Both the position numbers and the translations under genes were made by a program. From contig CALXNM010000005.1 in NCBI GenBank assembly GCA_944389745.1, positions 8,078 to 72,077 of the forward strand: a stretch of DNA of 64,000 nt, read 5' to 3'. Position 1 is the stretch's first letter, and each line of letters begins with the position of its first letter. The notes beneath the pieces were generated by a model. That model saw nothing but the letters and a program-made list of their open reading frames with translations. It had not been told where the DNA came from and did no database searches. Origin of the DNA: an uncultured Clostridia bacterium (GTDB taxonomy: Bacteria > Bacillota > Clostridia > TANB77 > CAG-508). Below are positions 60,070 to 64,000 of the stretch, piece by piece.

Positions 60070-60131
60070 TTGACAAAACGAACAAATGGTTGTAAAATAT
60101 AACAAGTAAATAAAAACGAACAAATATTCTG
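60070..60131 (+). promoter_or_regulatory. recN promoter with two LexA (Cheo-type) boxes
   Basis: TTGACA (60070)-17-TAAAAT (60093). CGAACAAATGGTTG (60079..60092) lies inside the spacer. CGAACAAATATTCTG (60117..60131) lies before the SD. Gram-positive consensus is CGAACnnnnGTTCG. Confidence 0.65.
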
Positions 60132-60144
60132 TGGGAGGATTAAT

Positions 60145-61767
60145 ATGATATCTACATTACATATAAAAAACATTGGAATTATAGAGGATATAGTAATAGA
60201 TTTTAATGAAGGGTTTAATGTGTTAACCGGTGAAACAGGAGCAGGAAAATCATTAATTATAAACTCGTTAAATATTATATGTGGAGGTAGATTCTCAAAA
60301 GAAATGATTAGAACTGGTGAAAAATTTTCTTTTGTAGAAGCAAGTATTTATTGCCCAGAAAATCCGCATGCTGTAGATGGAAATATTATAGTTTCTAGAG
60401 AAATATATTTGAATGGTAGAAATTCTTGTAAAATAAATGGGAGATTAGTAACTGTAGCTGAATTAAAAGAATTTATGCAAGATGTAATAGATATTCACGG
60501 ACAGCAAGATAACTACAACTTGTTAGATGAATCTAGACATATTTCATACTTAGATGATTTTGCAGGAAAAAACTTAATAGAATTAAAATCTAAATATTTT
60601 GCTTTGTATGATAGATATTGCAATATAAATAAAGAACTTAGTCAAAATTATGGTGATGACAAAGAAAAAGAAAGAAGATTAGATTTATTAAATTATGAAT
60701 TAAAGGAAATAACAAATGCAAAATTAAAAGCAAACGAAGATATTAAATTACAAGAAGAACATAATATAATGAAAAATTCAGAAAAACTTCAAGAAAACTT
60801 ACACATAGTAGATGAAAGTTTATCAAACCAAGCAATAGAAAGTATTTCTACATCTATAAGAAGCTTAGAAAAAATTGCAGGGCTTGGGGATAATTATGAA
60901 GAAAAACTTTCTGAGCTAAAAAACATTTATTATGAAGTACAAGAATTAGCAAGAGATATTTCTATGATGAGCGATGAGATTAGCTTTGATGAAGAAGAGA
61001 GAGATACAATTGAAAAAAGATTGGACGAAATATATTCATTAAAAAGAAAATATGGCAATACTATAGAAGAAATATTATTGTATAAAGAAAAATTAGAAAA
61101 TGAAATTAATGAAATTGAAAATGTAGATGAAATCAACAATAAGCTAAAAAAAGAAAAAGAAGAAATAGAACAAGAAATGTTAAAACTATGCAATAAAATG
61201 ACAATAATAAGAAAAGAAAAAGCAAAAGAATTATCAAAAGCAATTAATAAGGAACTAGCAGACTTAGAAATGAATAATGCAGTATTAAGAGTTGAAGTAA
61301 CAATTAAAGAAGAATTTGATAAAAACGGATTGGATAATGTGAGAATCTTAATTTCAACAAATAAAGGAGAAGGAGAAAAAGAACTTATAAAAATTGCATC
61401 AGGTGGAGAAATGTCTAGAGTAATGCTTGGAATAAAAACAGTACTTGCAGATGTAGATAAAGTTTACACTTTAATATTTGATGAAATAGATACAGGAATT
61501 AGTGGAAAAGCAGCTAGATCAGTTGGAGAAAAATTAAAGAAAATTTCTAAAAATCATCAAGTTATTATAGTAACACATTTAGCATCTATTGCAGCTAAAG
61601 GAGACTATAATTATTTTATAAGCAAAAATGTAAAAAATGAAAAAACATATACAAATATAAGAAGATTAACAGAAGAAGAAACAATTGAAGAAATAGCAAG
61701 AATATCAACGGGAGACATAACAAAAACTTCAATTGAACATGCAAAAGAATTAAGAAAAGCATCTTAA
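60145..61767 (+). CDS. recN: DNA repair protein RecN
   Basis: N-terminal Walker A GETGAGKS, long coiled-coil, C-terminal SGGEMSRVMLGIK signature and LIFDEIDTGISG Walker B. Confidence 0.93.
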   Translation: MISTLHIKNIGIIEDIVIDFNEGFNVLTGETGAGKSLIINSLNIICGGRFSKEMIRTGEKFSFVEASIYCPENPHAVDGNIIVSREIYLNGRNSCKINGRLVTVAELKEFMQDVIDIHGQQDNYNLLDESRHISYLDDFAGKNLIELKSKYFALYDRYCNINKELSQNYGDDKEKERRLDLLNYELKEITNAKLKANEDIKLQEEHNIMKNSEKLQENLHIVDESLSNQAIESISTSIRSLEKIAGLGDNYEEKLSELKNIYYEVQELARDISMMSDEISFDEEERDTIEKRLDEIYSLKRKYGNTIEEILLYKEKLENEINEIENVDEINNKLKKEKEEIEQEMLKLCNKMTIIRKEKAKELSKAINKELADLEMNNAVLRVEVTIKEEFDKNGLDNVRILISTNKGEGEKELIKIASGGEMSRVMLGIKTVLADVDKVYTLIFDEIDTGISGKAARSVGEKLKKISKNHQVIIVTHLASIAAKGDYNYFISKNVKNEKTYTNIRRLTEEETIEEIARISTGDITKTSIEHAKELRKAS

Positions 61768-61971
61768 AACGTAAAAATAAATGAAATAAAATTAAGGAGA
61801 TAATACGTAAAATAAAAACAAAAAGTATTGTCTTCTTAATTTTCTTAATTAATTATTAATTTTGATATTAATTTATTTACTAAAAAAATGCAATACTATA
61901 TAATAGCGATTAGAAAGGTTTGGATAAACAAAATAAAAAAGTAAATAATTAAAACAAAAGGAGAATGTGGT

Positions 61972-62511
61972 ATGAGATTAGGAATTGATATAGATGATGT
62001 TCTTGTAGATACATCAAAATTAATGGCAGAATATATAGGTAAAATTAAAGATAACGAAAATATTAAAAATCACATGGAAGAAATTATGAGAGGTGAAATT
62101 CCTGATAATTTAATTTCAAAATTTATTAATAATAATATTGCAAATATCCTAGATAATGTGCAAATAAAGCCACATGCAAAAGAAGTACTAGAAAAACTAG
62201 AAAAAACTAATGAAATAATATTTGTAACATCAAGAGGAGATGAAAAATTTAAAGGAACAGAAAATATCACATTAAATTATTTAAAAAGAAACAATATAAA
62301 ATATAATGGAATAATATTCAATGCATATGACAAAGCTAAAGTATGTAAAGAAAACAACATAGATGTACTAGTAGATGATTCAGTTAAATTATGCGAAGAA
62401 GCAAAAAGGGCAGGAATAAAATCAATTGTATTTACGTCTATAGTTAACAAAAATAAACAAACAAGTGTAAAAAGAGTGGATAACTGGTTAGAACTAGAAA
62501 AAATAATATAG
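61972..62511 (+). CDS. HAD-superfamily 5'(3')-deoxyribonucleotidase-like protein
   Basis: MRLGIDIDDVL (DxDxV/T nucleophile motif) and a downstream VDDS motif. Size is typical of the NT5C/YqfW-like group. Confidence 0.6.
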   Translation: MRLGIDIDDVLVDTSKLMAEYIGKIKDNENIKNHMEEIMRGEIPDNLISKFINNNIANILDNVQIKPHAKEVLEKLEKTNEIIFVTSRGDEKFKGTENITLNYLKRNNIKYNGIIFNAYDKAKVCKENNIDVLVDDSVKLCEEAKRAGIKSIVFTSIVNKNKQTSVKRVDNWLELEKII

Positions 62512-62603
62512 TTTAAATAATATAATTGGTTTACAAAAATGGCAAAATAGTATATAATATTGAACGTATAAGTTATTAGGATACTTGGAATGGAGGAATT
62601 TTT

Positions 62604-64000
62604 ATGAGCGAAAATAATAGCAACAACAATGTAGAACAAGAATTAGACATGAACCAATTAATGAAGGTAAGAAGAGAGAAACTAGATAAATTAAAACAAG
62701 AAGGAAAAAATCCATATGCAATAACTAAATTTAATAGAACTCATTTAAGTAAAGATATAAAAGATAATTATGATGAATTAGAAGGAAAAGATGTAACAAT
62801 AGCAGGAAGATTAATGGCAAAAAGAATAATGGGTAAAGCATCATTCTGTCATATACAAGATAGCACAGGAAGAATCCAAAGTTATGTAAGTATAAATGAT
62901 TTAGGAGAGGAAAGCTATAAAGCATTTAAAGAAGATGATATTGGAGACATTGTAGGAATAACAGGTTTTGTATTTAAAACAAAAACTGGAGAAATATCAA
63001 TTCATGCAAAAGAATTTACACTTCTTTCAAAATCATTAAGACCACTTCCTGAAAAATTCCATGGATTAAAAGATACAGATTTAAGATACAGACAAAGATA
63101 TGTTGATTTAATAGTTAATCCAGAAGTAAAAGATACATTCATAAAAAGAACAGAAATAATTAAAGAAATAAGAAAATTTATGGATGAAAAGGGATATATG
63201 GAAGTTGAAACCCCAATTCTTACAACAGTCGCAACAGGGGATGCTGCAAGACCATTTATTACACACCATAATACATTAGACCTTGAAATGTATTTGAGAA
63301 TTGCACCAGAATTAAACTTAAAAAGACTAATTGTTGGTGGATTTGATAAAGTATTTGAGATTGGAAAAAACTTTAGAAATGAAGGAATGGACATAAAACA
63401 TAATCCTGAATTTACAAATATGGAATTTTATGCTTCATATGAAGATTATAATGATATGATGAATATAGCAGAAGAGTTAATTTCAACTGTTGCAAAAAAT
63501 ACATTAGGAACAACAACTATTAATTATGAAGGTAATGAAATTAATTTGGCACCAGGCTGGAAAAAAATTACGATGATAGATGCTATAAAAGAGGTAGCAG
63601 GGATTGATTTTAACACTATTAATACTGACGAAGAAGCACAAGCTATAGCTAAAGAAAAAGGTGTTGAATATGAAGATATTAAAAATACAAGAGGTCATAT
63701 TATAAATGAATTCTTCGAAACATTTGTAGAAGAAACATTAATTCAACCAACATTCATCATAGATTATCCAGTAGAAGTGTCACCACTTACAAAAAGAAAG
63801 CAAGATGATCCAAGACTAGTAGAAAGATTTGAATTATTTATTGGAGGAAGAGAATATGGAAATGCATATTCAGAATTAAATGATCCAATAGACCAATATG
63901 AAAGATTTTTAAAACAAGTCGAGGCAAAAGAAAAAGGTGATGAAGAGGCAGGTGGAATGGACGAAGATTTTGTTAATGCATTAGAAATTGGAATGCCACC
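62604..64000 (+). CDS. lysS: lysine--tRNA ligase (class II), 3'-partial at the window edge
   Basis: Not in the ORF track because no stop occurs within the window. ATG 62604 follows GGAGGA. Translation [38 protein letters not shown]...[13 protein letters not shown]...[13 protein letters not shown]...[19 protein letters not shown] is canonical LysRS. Confidence 0.93.
   Translation, partial: MSENNSNNNVEQELDMNQLMKVRREKLDKLKQEGKNPYAITKFNRTHLSKDIKDNYDELEGKDVTIAGRLMAKRIMGKASFCHIQDSTGRIQSYVSINDLGEESYKAFKEDDIGDIVGITGFVFKTKTGEISIHAKEFTLLSKSLRPLPEKFHGLKDTDLRYRQRYVDLIVNPEVKDTFIKRTEIIKEIRKFMDEKGYMEVETPILTTVATGDAARPFITHHNTLDLEMYLRIAPELNLKRLIVGGFDKVFEIGKNFRNEGMDIKHNPEFTNMEFYASYEDYNDMMNIAEELISTVAKNTLGTTTINYEGNEINLAPGWKKITMIDAIKEVAGIDFNTINTDEEAQAIAKEKGVEYEDIKNTRGHIINEFFETFVEETLIQPTFIIDYPVEVSPLTKRKQDDPRLVERFELFIGGREYGNAYSELNDPIDQYERFLKQVEAKEKGDEEAGGMDEDFVNALEIGMP

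Noticed and set aside
1-64000. CRISPR arrays, rRNA genes, prophage or conjugative modules, restriction-modification genes
   Set aside because: I found no repeat-spacer periodicity, rRNA-like sequence, integrase, terminase, capsid, relaxase or methyltransferase motif while reading the ORFs and intergenic regions.

Overview
Low-GC chromosome segment from a spore-forming Firmicute (Clostridia-like). My hand counts give about 23-30% GC in native genes. Most genes are housekeeping and lie on the + strand: spoIVB, rpsO-pnp, an asp23 operon, nusB, xseA/xseB, fhs, a sleB-like gene, miaB, mutS, efp, recJ-relA-MBL-hisS, spoIIP, MarR plus an ABC exporter pair, pgi, a 994-aa wall-anchored C1 cysteine protease, T-box-thrS, recN with LexA boxes, and lysS (3'-partial). 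tRNA-Trp and tmRNA lie on the - strand. I saw no CRISPR array, integrase, transposase or prophage module. The main anomaly is four single-gene cassettes of sharply foreign base composition (about 40-55% GC by hand count), each apparently a separate transcription unit. They are: (A) 28682..29146(-), a 154-aa Cys-rich, His-free protein of unknown family beside tRNA-Trp; (B) 32050..32340(-), a 96-aa protein with three predicted TM helices; (C) 34739..35206(+), a GNAT acetyltransferase beside ssrA; (D) 56375..57286(+), a 303-aa stand-alone RelA/SpoT-homologue synthetase with no hydrolase, TGS or ACT region and no adjacent partner gene. D is my best candidate for a toxSAS/CapRel-like toxin or defence module, possibly working with the other foreign cassettes. 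That link is inference only. Other observations: a 27-nt palindrome family at six gene ends, a doubly frameshifted U32 peptidase gene, an unannotated 50-aa Cys/Gly-rich peptide ORF, a protein with five tandem HTH modules, and tandem zinc-ribbon/PH-domain paralogues. All family assignments come from motif recognition by eye. No database search was possible.
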